64,000 nt of DNA, from assembly GCA_019912845.1 (NCBI GenBank), contig JAIOHU010000194.1:38603-102602 (forward strand), in the 5' to 3' direction. The stretch comes from a bacterium. Its GTDB lineage: Bacteria > Electryoneota > Electryoneia > Electryoneales > Electryoneaceae. Shown here in pieces: positions 48,957 to 58,889 of this stretch (position 1 is its first letter; each line of letters starts with the position of its first letter). The translations under genes and the position numbers were made by a program. Below the pieces are notes generated by a model, which was not told the origin of the DNA, searched no databases, and saw nothing but the letters and a program-made list of their open reading frames with translations.

Positions 48957-51056
48957 CTAATTGAATAGCAGCCAGCGCACTCCCCAGATTTCATCACGGT
49001 GTGTATATGGGAAACCGGGAATGGGTTCGTAGTAGGCACTCAGGAGATTGTTTGTACCCCAGTAAACTTCGAAGTTGGAGATTGTAACACTCGCAAGTCC
49101 ATTGAGGAAGATTTTTGATTCCTGAAAAATTGCACTTTCCGTAATATCCAGGGAACGGTAAGTATAGCTATCCCAGTAATTTGCAGTAAATGACGCCTTT
49201 ACAAGCAAATGTCCGTCGAAAAAGTGATCGTTATATCGTGCACTGCCCCAGCCCCAGTTTGAAGGAATCGCAGTATCATCTCGTTTCAGATTACTCCATG
49301 TATAGGCACCAGCCAGCGAGAAGGGTCCCCATAGGTCTAGCCAGCCATCAGCGGTTACTTCCAACCCTTGAATATCCTTGTCCTGATATGCTGTCCAGGT
49401 ATTGTCCTCAAGTTGCCGATAACGGATTGGCGATAAATACTGCCGTTGACCAAGCATAATTCGGATAGACCGATCCTGCTTTTGACGATATATACTTCCG
49501 GCACCGAGAAAAATCCCGCCGACAGGAAGAAGGTCGGGATTTCCCTCGTATACGCTTGATGAATCTGGAACGTATAAGGGTTCAAGAGTACGTGGGGGTG
49601 AATGCAAAGCCCAGTAACCGTAGCTTTCATCCAGTCCCGGCAACCTCCACCCCATGTTCGCGCTGCCAAGAAGTGCGAATCCGAGACTGTCACCATACTC
49701 GATATTCATGGTAAAAGCGGGACGTCCGATCAGAGGAGTCTCCCGTGAATCACGCTGATCATTTGAGCGGCTTATTTCCGCCCGAAGCATCGTGGTGTAA
49801 GATAATTTTTCATACCGAGCATTGTTTCCGACGCTCATACCCAGTTGATCACGTTCTCCTTTTGGTTCAACTTTTTTCGGTAGTTCGCCAAAACGTGCGC
49901 CAGATTTCGCGAGATCAAGCTGGAGATAGCTGCGGTTTTGTTTCCAACTTTTTTCTCCTCGCATTCTGCCACCAAGCTGGAAGCCATCCTCACCTCGATA
50001 ATAATAGCCTCGGTTATTACGAGTATACCAGGCTGCAATCTCATAGTAGGTGGAATCGTTCTGTAGCCCACTCCTCCAGATGAGGTCGAGGTCATTACGG
50101 TGAATGCTATTTGCATTGTTGGTGTAGGGACGACCATAATCGAGTCGAGTCTGCATCCAGTAGGCTCCAAATCGCCCAAAATTGCCCATGTTCTGTTCAC
50201 CGCCCAGACGCAACAGACTCGTGTTGGCATACGAATTCAAACGATAGCCTTCGTACTCCCCGATGTTTACACCGAGGTGGTAACGAAATGCGGGAGTTAA
50301 CGATTGCGCGATGCGCCAGTCTGCATGACCCAGACCGTAAAAACCTTGACGGTGTACGATACGTGCTTCAGGTATAACAGGATATTGCTGTGGAGTATGT
50401 AAGGTATAAGCAGGACCAGAGGTCATCCAACCTGCGGGATGATTTCCTTGAAACAAATCAACAGTTTCAAGCTCCTCCGGTGCGAAGGCACTAAGGTCTG
50501 CGCTTCCGGTAATCGGATCAAGATAGGGTCGCCCGCGATAGACAAAGGCGACATCCCGTGCACTCATTCCCGGTGGGATCATGTACGCGGGTTGGGCATA
50601 TAGTGCCGGACTGTATGGATAGGCACCCGGCAATATTGATATGATATCACCAACATCTTTGTAGCCCTGACGTGTCCATGATTTACGATCGAGGCGTATT
50701 CCAGCAGTTACGACAGGTGGCAGGGGAAGTGTATCCAGCACAAGAATAACTTCAGGAAGGTGACCTCTATGTTCACTTACGAGGGAACTGTCTGCGACCA
50801 GAGTGGAGTCCGAGATAACTGGGTTCAGTGAATCGGGGAGTGTATCCAGAGAATCGCTGCGTACGCTGTCCGGTTGCACCGGGTTCACTATAAGCGAATC
50901 GGGATTTTCCTGCCCGAACCCGCATGTTGCGACGAACAGGATTGCCAGTATCAGCAGGCTGAGATCGCGAAAACTGAAAACGATCTTGCACGAACCGTTT
51001 GAAGAGAACTTTTCTGTTCTTTGTTTCAGATTTATCTGTTCAACCATTATAAGCAC
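48957..51056 (-). CDS. Outer-membrane beta-barrel with plug-like region (TonB-dependent-receptor/putative porin-like; start uncertain)
   Basis: Signal peptide GFG/QE, DS-rich linker, plug-like DVGDII...PG...YRGRP..DP.TG..DL, C-terminal WGVRWLLFN. Confidence 0.72.
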   Translation of the reverse strand: MLIMVEQINLKQRTEKFSSNGSCKIVFSFRDLSLLILAILFVATCGFGQENPDSLIVNPVQPDSVRSDSLDTLPDSLNPVISDSTLVADSSLVSEHRGHLPEVILVLDTLPLPPVVTAGIRLDRKSWTRQGYKDVGDIISILPGAYPYSPALYAQPAYMIPPGMSARDVAFVYRGRPYLDPITGSADLSAFAPEELETVDLFQGNHPAGWMTSGPAYTLHTPQQYPVIPEARIVHRQGFYGLGHADWRIAQSLTPAFRYHLGVNIGEYEGYRLNSYANTSLLRLGGEQNMGNFGRFGAYWMQTRLDYGRPYTNNANSIHRNDLDLIWRSGLQNDSTYYEIAAWYTRNNRGYYYRGEDGFQLGGRMRGEKSWKQNRSYLQLDLAKSGARFGELPKKVEPKGERDQLGMSVGNNARYEKLSYTTMLRAEISRSNDQRDSRETPLIGRPAFTMNIEYGDSLGFALLGSANMGWRLPGLDESYGYWALHSPPRTLEPLYVPDSSSVYEGNPDLLPVGGIFLGAGSIYRQKQDRSIRIMLGQRQYLSPIRYRQLEDNTWTAYQDKDIQGLEVTADGWLDLWGPFSLAGAYTWSNLKRDDTAIPSNWGWGSARYNDHFFDGHLLVKASFTANYWDSYTYRSLDITESAIFQESKIFLNGLASVTISNFEVYWGTNNLLSAYYEPIPGFPYTHRDEIWGVRWLLFN

Positions 51057-51152
51057 AATTCAAATTTACCCTGTTTGAATCATGCAAGGTAATGAATTTC
51101 AGTAACAAAATCAGTAGGACTAGATTGCTAAATTGCGATCTTCCATGAAGTG

Positions 51153-54100
51153 CTATCTTACGAGTACGATTTTCATAGATCTGCTTTCACCCTTGAAGCT
51201 CAAGGTTACGATATAGATTCCACTGACTAGATTGTTCGCTTGTTTCGTAGATTGAACCAGATATCGATTAACTCCCGCAGGGTAATGCTTTGATTCTTTG
51301 AACACAACTTGACCCTGAATATTATAGACAATCAAACTCACATCACCTTCACCAGGCAATGTGAAGGGAATTGTCACTGCTGGATTGAAAGGTTGTGGAT
51401 ATGGATTTGAGACTGTGAATTTCTCGGGCAAGTTGCTGTTGTTTGTATTCACGAGAGTAATGTGACCATAGGGATTACCGAAGTACTTTACCTGCTTACT
51501 CGTAGTTAAACTGTTACCTTCGTCATCCAGCCCACGAATGGTTACTGCTTCTCCTGTTTGTGCCCCAGTAAATTTGTCGGCGCTATTTTTTCCCCAGACA
51601 ACAAGCGGTACCAACGATTGTCCTTCCATCGGGATTGCACTACCAATCAGTTCGCCGTTCGTATTGCGCGCTTCCAGCAATGCGATACCATCCATCGATG
51701 ATTCTCCAGCCACTTCAACAAGGACAATCCATGGAATTCCCGTTGGTGAAACACCTGGCGATACTGCTGTGGGAAGAGGTTCGGCTATTGTCGTTCTTGC
51801 TAATTGTTCAGGTTGTGGATAGTTGAAGGTGATATCAGCATTGGCGAATACCATCAACCCGCGTCCTGGATGCATATCACCCAGCGTATTGATAAACCCT
51901 GGTATCCATGCCCCACCCTCAACGTCAGTTGCGATGATTATCGCACCTTCCACTTCAGCTAGAGCAGTGGAGGCATCGATGTTTTGCTGGTAAAGATGTC
52001 CCAGCCAGTTCCAGCGATTAGCAGCTAATGAATAGGTGAAATCCGTTGGTAGCTCTTCTCCTTGTACTACCCAGGCGGAAGGTTCTTCGCAGAACAATTG
52101 ATATGCCTCAGACAGGTCAACAGTACCAATGGTGTTGATACCCAATTCCGGAAGTAGAATTCCACCGTCATCATTTTGGGCGATATTAAGATTTTGAATT
52201 GATCCAAATACATCCTCCGCATTCAGGAATGCTGGTCTCACTGGGGAGGTAACCAGTTCATAAAATCTACTTCGCAATGGAAGTTCGAGTTGCTCATTAC
52301 CATGTTGACCATCCACTTCTATTGTTCTTACCGAAGCGACACGGATTTTTTCTGAGATTATTGCAAATTCTCCTGCTAAAGCAGTCTTTCTGATATTATC
52401 CCCACGTGCACGATGACCAATCATGATAGGTTCATCAGCATTTGTAACATCAAATACTTCTATTATAGTCTGATCTTGAGTAACCCATAGAGCACCGTTT
52501 TGATAGTCCAGATCAGCCACAAATGCAATGCTGGTTGGCTCAATTGTTGAACGTATCACTGGATCAGCCGGATTTGTTATGTCAATTACCCAAACGCCTT
52601 GTTGCAAGTTGCTGATATAGACTCTATCTGCTGACATGGTTATTGGACCATAAGGTCCTTCCAGTTCGAGAGATCCCACTAGCTGTGGATTCGTACGATC
52701 ATGAGTGTCATAAAGTAGAAGCCCATCTTCATCATCCAGGAAAGCAACCATCTCTCCGAACGTAGCAATTCGTCTGATGAAGGAAGGTGCCTGAATTTCT
52801 GCAATAATTTGATAACGCGGACCTGGAACAAGGTCATACACTTCTACCTGTTCTTCTGTGGATACAAACAATAACCCGTTGCCAATCGCATGTGAATGAA
52901 AAGCTTGGATTCCCCAGGAATACAATTGTTCGAGGTTATCCGGATGTGTAACATCAATTACACGCATCCGTCCGGAGTTTGACGAATACGATCCTGCGAA
53001 CAGATAATTATTGTAGTGATCAAATCCTGAAATTCTGTGATTCGTGTACCCGATTGAGTCTTGTTCCACAAGGTCCTGTGGAATTGAAATATCTATTGTT
53101 CGAATCGCATGGGTTTGATAGTCGTGCAAAAAAGCATAATTACCGATAATATCAATTTCCTTGACCAATCCAACTGTCAAATAACTTCCTGCAACTTGTG
53201 GATTATCCGGTGCTGTATAGTCGATCACATATAATCCAAAAGGACCTGAACCGTCCCAGAAGGCGAAATAAGCGTAACCATCCTTTGCCACAACACCTTC
53301 CCAGTAGGGACGGTAATATTCCTGATTTTCGAGCATTCCAATCAGGTTTACTGTTGGAGGCTCTGAGATGTTGACAACTGATATCTGGTGAGGTCCATCA
53401 GAAATGATCCCCATAGGATAGTCGATGGCCATCCCAAGTGCATGATGAGGATCATAACCTCCAATTCCAACTAAACTGATATTGGCAGGATCAGACACAT
53501 CAAATATCTGAACATCATCATCAGTTACATAAAGTAAATCATTGTGAAGTAATACTTCACAGGCATGACCAAGCGTTGCATTAATACTCGCAATTTCCAC
53601 AGGTGCATTAATTTCGGATATATCGTATACAAACAGATCACCATCCGTTGCTACATACAGATAAGGATAATCTGTTAGTAGTTCTGTCTGGCGACTCTCA
53701 GCTATCCTTCTATTGACAACAAGTTGAGGTACAGCGGGGACACTCACGTCATAAATTACTAAACCATCTTCGTAGGTAATCGCATAGTTTTCCCAGAGAT
53801 TTATATCCTTGATCCACGATACACTCTCAGGACCACGAAAGACATTTACAGGGTCATAGGGATTGCTGATATCGAATATCTCCAGACGGGACGAAACCAC
53901 ATAAAGCCATGGGAAATCAACTACAGGCGAACAGAAACCAGCTGCATTCTCTGTAAAAGCCACACTGATCCCGGAAGGATTTTCAGGATCACTTACATCG
54001 TAAAGATAAACATTTTCACCATGACCACCCTGGTATACGATTGTATCATTTTTCGTGATGTCATAAGTTCTATAGATACTGAAGAGTAAAGCATCAACTG

Positions 54101-54188
54101 TTGGTATATCCGGTTGTGCGTTACCAGGCAAAGGGAATAAAAGAGTGATATAGATAGACACGACCAAAATATTAAGAAGTATTTTCAT
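51153..54188 (-). CDS. Secreted LVIVD-repeat protein with shared middle module and T9SS type-A CTD
   Basis: Signal peptide GNA/QP, YDVSDPENP-type repeats, module homologous to the 19778 protein, YPQPFNP...SGIYIV...MKIVLVR. ATG 54188 follows a GAGGA RBS. Confidence 0.88.
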   Translation of the reverse strand: MKILLNILVVSIYITLLFPLPGNAQPDIPTVDALLFSIYRTYDITKNDTIVYQGGHGENVYLYDVSDPENPSGISVAFTENAAGFCSPVVDFPWLYVVSSRLEIFDISNPYDPVNVFRGPESVSWIKDINLWENYAITYEDGLVIYDVSVPAVPQLVVNRRIAESRQTELLTDYPYLYVATDGDLFVYDISEINAPVEIASINATLGHACEVLLHNDLLYVTDDDVQIFDVSDPANISLVGIGGYDPHHALGMAIDYPMGIISDGPHQISVVNISEPPTVNLIGMLENQEYYRPYWEGVVAKDGYAYFAFWDGSGPFGLYVIDYTAPDNPQVAGSYLTVGLVKEIDIIGNYAFLHDYQTHAIRTIDISIPQDLVEQDSIGYTNHRISGFDHYNNYLFAGSYSSNSGRMRVIDVTHPDNLEQLYSWGIQAFHSHAIGNGLLFVSTEEQVEVYDLVPGPRYQIIAEIQAPSFIRRIATFGEMVAFLDDEDGLLLYDTHDRTNPQLVGSLELEGPYGPITMSADRVYISNLQQGVWVIDITNPADPVIRSTIEPTSIAFVADLDYQNGALWVTQDQTIIEVFDVTNADEPIMIGHRARGDNIRKTALAGEFAIISEKIRVASVRTIEVDGQHGNEQLELPLRSRFYELVTSPVRPAFLNAEDVFGSIQNLNIAQNDDGGILLPELGINTIGTVDLSEAYQLFCEEPSAWVVQGEELPTDFTYSLAANRWNWLGHLYQQNIDASTALAEVEGAIIIATDVEGGAWIPGFINTLGDMHPGRGLMVFANADITFNYPQPEQLARTTIAEPLPTAVSPGVSPTGIPWIVLVEVAGESSMDGIALLEARNTNGELIGSAIPMEGQSLVPLVVWGKNSADKFTGAQTGEAVTIRGLDDEGNSLTTSKQVKYFGNPYGHITLVNTNNSNLPEKFTVSNPYPQPFNPAVTIPFTLPGEGDVSLIVYNIQGQVVFKESKHYPAGVNRYLVQSTKQANNLVSGIYIVTLSFKGESRSMKIVLVR

Positions 54189-54456
54189 GTCCGAATCCTC
54201 TAAGTAGCAAGAGTTGGTCAAGGTGCGACTTACATCAGATTACATTATTAGCAATCAGTTTGCAAATGAATTCATGTCACTTTCTAAAAATCTCGCAAGA
54301 AGTCTCTCAGGGAAAGGACGCCAGGTGAGGAAAATACTGGATTTCCCCTTGAGAAAATCAAAAAAATAACGATACCTTTAGCGTTTGGAATTTGTGGACT
54401 AAAATCGCATATTCAAGTGCGATTTTCTTTTTGTGGTTATTGAGGAATTAGAGATA

Positions 54457-55536
54457 ATGAATCAGGAATTAATAGATAAGCAGGTTATCGTTGCGAACTC
54501 ACGTCTCGCTGACGTTGAAATAAAAATGTCCGATCCCGAAGTCGTTACAGACCGTCAGGCGATGACCGATTTGGGACGAGAGCATCGTCGCCTTCGGACG
54601 ATCATTCAAGCTGCTGAAAAAGTTACCGAACTGGACGAACACCTTCAGCAATCGCGTGAATTATTGAATGAAGAGGATCAGGAAATACGTGATCTGGCAC
54701 AGGTTGAAATTGATGAGCTGACCCCACAACTGGAACGTGCTCACAACGATCTTCAACTCGCACTTATTCCGCAGGCAACAGAAGACACCCGAGACGCGAT
54801 TATCGAAATTCGTGCAGGAACTGGCGGTCAGGAAGCAGCGATCTTCGCTGGCGATTTATTCAAAATGTATCAGCGATTTGCGGAAACAAAAGGCTGGCGT
54901 CTCGAAGAGCTAAGTTCACATCCCAGTGAAATGGGTGGGTTCAAGGAGGTTGTCTTTGCGGTAAGAGGTGATGAAGCGTATGGTATTCTGAAATACGAGG
55001 GTGGAGTCCATCGTGTTCAACGAGTCCCTGAAACCGAATCACAGGGACGGATTCATACTTCTGCAGCAAGTGTTGCAGTTTTACCGGAAGCTGAAGAAGT
55101 TGATGTGGAAATTGATCCTAATGATCTCCGTATCGATGTTTATCGCAGTAGCGGACCAGGGGGTCAGTCTGTGAATACTACTGATTCTGCGGTTCGTATT
55201 ACTCATGTTCCCACCGGTCTTGTGGTTACCTGCCAGGATGAAAAGAGCCAGCATAAGAATAAAGCAAAAGCGTTAAGGGTGTTACGTGCGCGTCTCTATG
55301 AACAGGCACTGGAGGAGGAACGTGCGAAAAGATCAGCCAGCCGTAAAAGCCTGGTGGGCAGCGGTGACCGTAGTGCAAAAATAAGAACATATAATTTCCC
55401 GCAGGGACGCGTGACTGATCACCGTATCAATCTCACCCTTTACCGTTTAAATGAAATCCTTAATGGCAGTGTGGATGAAGTTCTTGAAGCATTACAACTT
55501 GCTGAGGCTGAAGAAAGACTGAAGGATATCGAGTAA
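54457..55536 (+). CDS. prfA: Peptide chain release factor 1
   Basis: [28 protein letters not shown] (PxT recognition motif), [24 protein letters not shown]; followed by prmC. Confidence 0.97.
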   Translation: MNQELIDKQVIVANSRLADVEIKMSDPEVVTDRQAMTDLGREHRRLRTIIQAAEKVTELDEHLQQSRELLNEEDQEIRDLAQVEIDELTPQLERAHNDLQLALIPQATEDTRDAIIEIRAGTGGQEAAIFAGDLFKMYQRFAETKGWRLEELSSHPSEMGGFKEVVFAVRGDEAYGILKYEGGVHRVQRVPETESQGRIHTSAASVAVLPEAEEVDVEIDPNDLRIDVYRSSGPGGQSVNTTDSAVRITHVPTGLVVTCQDEKSQHKNKAKALRVLRARLYEQALEEERAKRSASRKSLVGSGDRSAKIRTYNFPQGRVTDHRINLTLYRLNEILNGSVDEVLEALQLAEAEERLKDIE

Positions 55537-55628
55537 AGTTTATCTCTTTGATCTCTGGTGGAAGTCGAAGTGAGTTATCCGTAACACTTGTAAAAGCGAT
55601 AAATCGTAACCCCATATATCTAGAAAAA

Positions 55629-56567
55629 ATGAATCCTGTTCCCTTGCAATCCTCGCCCAAAAAATTAATCGATTTCCTTCAACTCAGTGCGGAGTATCTG
55701 CAGCAAAAAGGGATAGAATCCGCACGTCTGGAAGCTGAACTCCTGCTCGCTGATTTGCTCGGTTGTAAAAGAATAGACCTCTATCTTGATTTTAATCGTC
55801 CCCTGACAAAACTAGAAAGAGAGAATCTCAGAGATCGGATAGCAAGACGAGGCAGACAAATTCCACTGCAATATATAACCGGAAAAACAGACTTTTTTGG
55901 AAGAAATTTTCTCTGCCGTGAGGGGGTTTTCATCCCTCGACCAGAGACCGAACGTCTCATAGAGATTGCGAAAGAAGCAGGCAAGAATAAACGATTCAAG
56001 CGAGTGCTTGAGGTCGGTAGCGGTACTGGGGTTATCGGGCTGACATTGCTGCATGAAAATATCGCAGAGATGGTTATTGCTATTGATATTTCAGAGAAGG
56101 CTTTCAAATTATCCGCCGAAAATGCGGAACACACTGGACTGATTCCAGTTTATAATGATGAAGCTAAAGTGGTGTTTGAATCTGCTGATGACTCAATCAG
56201 TAAATTTCAATATGAATTGCAGCATACTGGTCTGGATCATTTCGTAAGAACGTATAACTCTGAAAAATTTGACCTGATCATCTCGAATCCACCTTATATT
56301 GCAACTTCAGAGGCGCACTCATTACCAGAAACAGTGCGAAAGTTTGAACCGGACGAAGCTTTATTCAGCGGGGCAGATGGACTTGATTTTTACCGGAGCC
56401 TAAGGAGCGTGTTGCAGAATTTGCTTTACACACCTGGAGTATTCCTGGGGGAAATCGGCGAAAAACAAGGCGATTCTGTTCAGTCGATTTTCAGATCTCT
56501 TGGAAATACAACTATTCATCAAGATTACAATGATCGTGATCGTATTTTAATGCTTGATTTACTCTAA
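55629..56567 (+). CDS. prmC: Release factor glutamine methyltransferase PrmC/HemK
   Basis: ARLEAELLL, PLQYITG, VFIPRPETE, EVGSGTG, SNPPY, FEPDEALF.GADGLDFY. The start is probably ATG 55629. Confidence 0.94.
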   Translation: MNPVPLQSSPKKLIDFLQLSAEYLQQKGIESARLEAELLLADLLGCKRIDLYLDFNRPLTKLERENLRDRIARRGRQIPLQYITGKTDFFGRNFLCREGVFIPRPETERLIEIAKEAGKNKRFKRVLEVGSGTGVIGLTLLHENIAEMVIAIDISEKAFKLSAENAEHTGLIPVYNDEAKVVFESADDSISKFQYELQHTGLDHFVRTYNSEKFDLIISNPPYIATSEAHSLPETVRKFEPDEALFSGADGLDFYRSLRSVLQNLLYTPGVFLGEIGEKQGDSVQSIFRSLGNTTIHQDYNDRDRILMLDLL

Positions 56568-56582
56568 AATTGATCGTTCAAA

Positions 56583-57182
56583 ATGAAAAATATAACAATC
56601 GTATTGTATATATCATTCCTTTTCATATTCTTGTGCTGCTGGGCAGGTTGCTCGGAAAACGAGCAGTCGAAAGAAGAAGTGGGAGTTATAGAAACATCAT
56701 TGGGTGAAATTGTTCTGCGATTTTACCCCGAATCTGCACCAATGCATGTTGAACGTGTGAAGGCTATAATTGCTTCGGGCGAATATAATAATGTGCAGTT
56801 CCATCGTGTGATTCCCGGTTTTGTGGTACAGGCGGGCGACCCTACAACAGCCGATTCAAAAACTCAGAGACGTGAATATGGAAAAAATGGTACGGGTGTT
56901 ACGCTCCCTGCTGAATTCAATGAATTAAAACATCTACCTGGAAGAGTTGGAATGGCAAGGGGAGATCATGATATCAATTCCGCAGACAGCCAGTGGTATA
57001 TCTGTCTTGATACCCTCGCACATCTGGATGGACGATATACGATCTTTGCTGAAGTGATAGAGGGAATGGATGTAGTCCATAAGATCGCGTCCGTAGAAAC
57101 CGATGCACATGATATTCCTTTGGAACCGGTGCGAATAAATTCTGTAAAGTTAAGTAGTTACAAAGATGCAGTGGGCGAATGA
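56583..57182 (+). CDS. Cyclophilin-type peptidyl-prolyl cis-trans isomerase, lipoprotein
   Basis: WAG-C lipobox, FHRVIPGFVVQAGDP, GRVGMAR, SADSQWYI, HLDGRYTIF. Confidence 0.92.
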   Translation: MKNITIVLYISFLFIFLCCWAGCSENEQSKEEVGVIETSLGEIVLRFYPESAPMHVERVKAIIASGEYNNVQFHRVIPGFVVQAGDPTTADSKTQRREYGKNGTGVTLPAEFNELKHLPGRVGMARGDHDINSADSQWYICLDTLAHLDGRYTIFAEVIEGMDVVHKIASVETDAHDIPLEPVRINSVKLSSYKDAVGE

Positions 57183-58825
57183 AAAAAGTTTTCTCACATC
57201 CAACCTCTAACTATTTGCTTACCTATAATCAAAAAACTGTTTATGGTGTCGTCTTCTATTGCCTGTTCATTCTGCTTCAATTTGCTCCAAATCCTGCATT
57301 TTCAACACTTATTCAAGTTGTGGATAATCGCGCAATCGTGGAGTATGGCGATCATAATCGTGGAGATCATTTTCAGGATACACTCACCTTCTTCCAAGAT
57401 TCTGAAAGTGAAAGGATTCTGATTCGCCCCATCGATGCTGAGGTTACTTGTGATTGCATAACGGTTGATGTTCGTCCTGATTCCAGTAAAACCTATCCGA
57501 ATGGTTACCTTCTGCTGAATTTTGACGTATTGCAAGAGGAACCGGATGGTCTTTGCGAGAAAATCGTCTATGTGTTTCATGATGGCGAGGAAAGTGATCT
57601 TTTCAGATTAACCGTGACAGTCAATGTGCTTCCTGGTGGAGAAAAACCATCTCAATCTTCCAGTAATAAGCTCACTTCTCCCCCTAAAAAAGACACAAAT
57701 TTTAGCGAACAATATTCTTCTATCTCTCGAATCTATTCACCTTCTGATGCCTTGAAGATTCTATTCTTCTACTCTCCCGGATGCCAGAGTTGTCAACGAG
57801 TTAAAGATATTGTACTGCCAGAACTGACAAACAAATATGCAGAGAAAATTGATATTATCCAGATCAGCATTGATGAAACAGATGGATATGCCCTACTTCT
57901 TGCCATGCGTGAACAATATGGCGTAAGCAATCGTCACAGTCCTTTCACTATGTTTATTGGGGAAGAAGCAATCCAGGGCAGGAAGGATCTGTTTGAACGT
58001 GCAGATCGGGCTGTTCAAGTATCACTGACAAACCGAATACAAACTATCATTCCCCAAATGAAAGAAAGCTCTGAGATTAAGACACGACGAGCATTTCAGT
58101 CATTTTCATTCTGGGCTGTGCTGGGTGCGGGTTTGATTGACGGGCTAAACCCCTGCGCATTCGCGACCATTGTATTCTTCATCAGTTTGCTGGGGTATGC
58201 CGGCTCTACCAAACGTCAAATGATGATTGTCGGCATCGGTTTTACGATTTCTGTATTTGCGGTCTATCTATTGTTGGGGCTTGGTGCTTTCCGGGCATTG
58301 CAAGCACTGTCAATTTATGGTTTCATCTCTAAAAGTATCTACTTTCTCACTTTCCTCCTCCTCGTTATACTATTTGTTCTCGCACTGCGTGATACAATTC
58401 GTTACTACCAGACAGGCGGTCGCACCGATGATCAGATATTACAGTTAGGGAAAAAAACCAAGCGTCGTATTCACAGTGTGATGCGAAAGGGGATAAAAAC
58501 TCAGAACCTGCTTCTCGGAGCAATCTCAATCGGTGCGCTTGTTTCACTATTTGAGGCTGCATGCACCGGGCAGGTTTATCTCCCAACCATTGTACTGATG
58601 CTCAACGATCCTATCCTGAGCGGGAATGCGTTACTTTACCTGGTGCTCTATAACGTGATGTTCATCACGCCCTTGATTGTGGTTTTCCTACTAGCATACT
58701 TTGGAGTTGCCTCGGAAAGATTTGCAGAGTGGAGTCGAGAACATTTTGGGGTTACACGCATTGCCTTAACCGGATTGTTTCTCTTACTCGGTATACTGAT
58801 GGCGTACGAATGGCTCCAAATTTGA
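57179..58825 (+). CDS. DUF1573-like plus thioredoxin-like (CQSC) plus CcdA/DsbD-like membrane fusion protein
   Basis: VTCDC Ig-like region, FFYSPGCQSC, six TM segments with GLIDGLNPCAF and EAACTGQVYLP. Confidence 0.75.
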   Translation: MKKVFSHPTSNYLLTYNQKTVYGVVFYCLFILLQFAPNPAFSTLIQVVDNRAIVEYGDHNRGDHFQDTLTFFQDSESERILIRPIDAEVTCDCITVDVRPDSSKTYPNGYLLLNFDVLQEEPDGLCEKIVYVFHDGEESDLFRLTVTVNVLPGGEKPSQSSSNKLTSPPKKDTNFSEQYSSISRIYSPSDALKILFFYSPGCQSCQRVKDIVLPELTNKYAEKIDIIQISIDETDGYALLLAMREQYGVSNRHSPFTMFIGEEAIQGRKDLFERADRAVQVSLTNRIQTIIPQMKESSEIKTRRAFQSFSFWAVLGAGLIDGLNPCAFATIVFFISLLGYAGSTKRQMMIVGIGFTISVFAVYLLLGLGAFRALQALSIYGFISKSIYFLTFLLLVILFVLALRDTIRYYQTGGRTDDQILQLGKKTKRRIHSVMRKGIKTQNLLLGAISIGALVSLFEAACTGQVYLPTIVLMLNDPILSGNALLYLVLYNVMFITPLIVVFLLAYFGVASERFAEWSREHFGVTRIALTGLFLLLGILMAYEWLQI

Positions 58826-58889
58826 TTGTGCGATTGTCTGTACCCATGAGAAATCCTTAATCCATCAACATATTTCTGATTTAGAACAA

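Noticed and set aside
51057..54432. Repeat-bounded cassette around the 51153-54188 LVIVD gene
   Set aside because: No family A-G palindromes were seen in either flank, nor before the 22032 gene. This is a counter-example that limits the cassette hypothesis.
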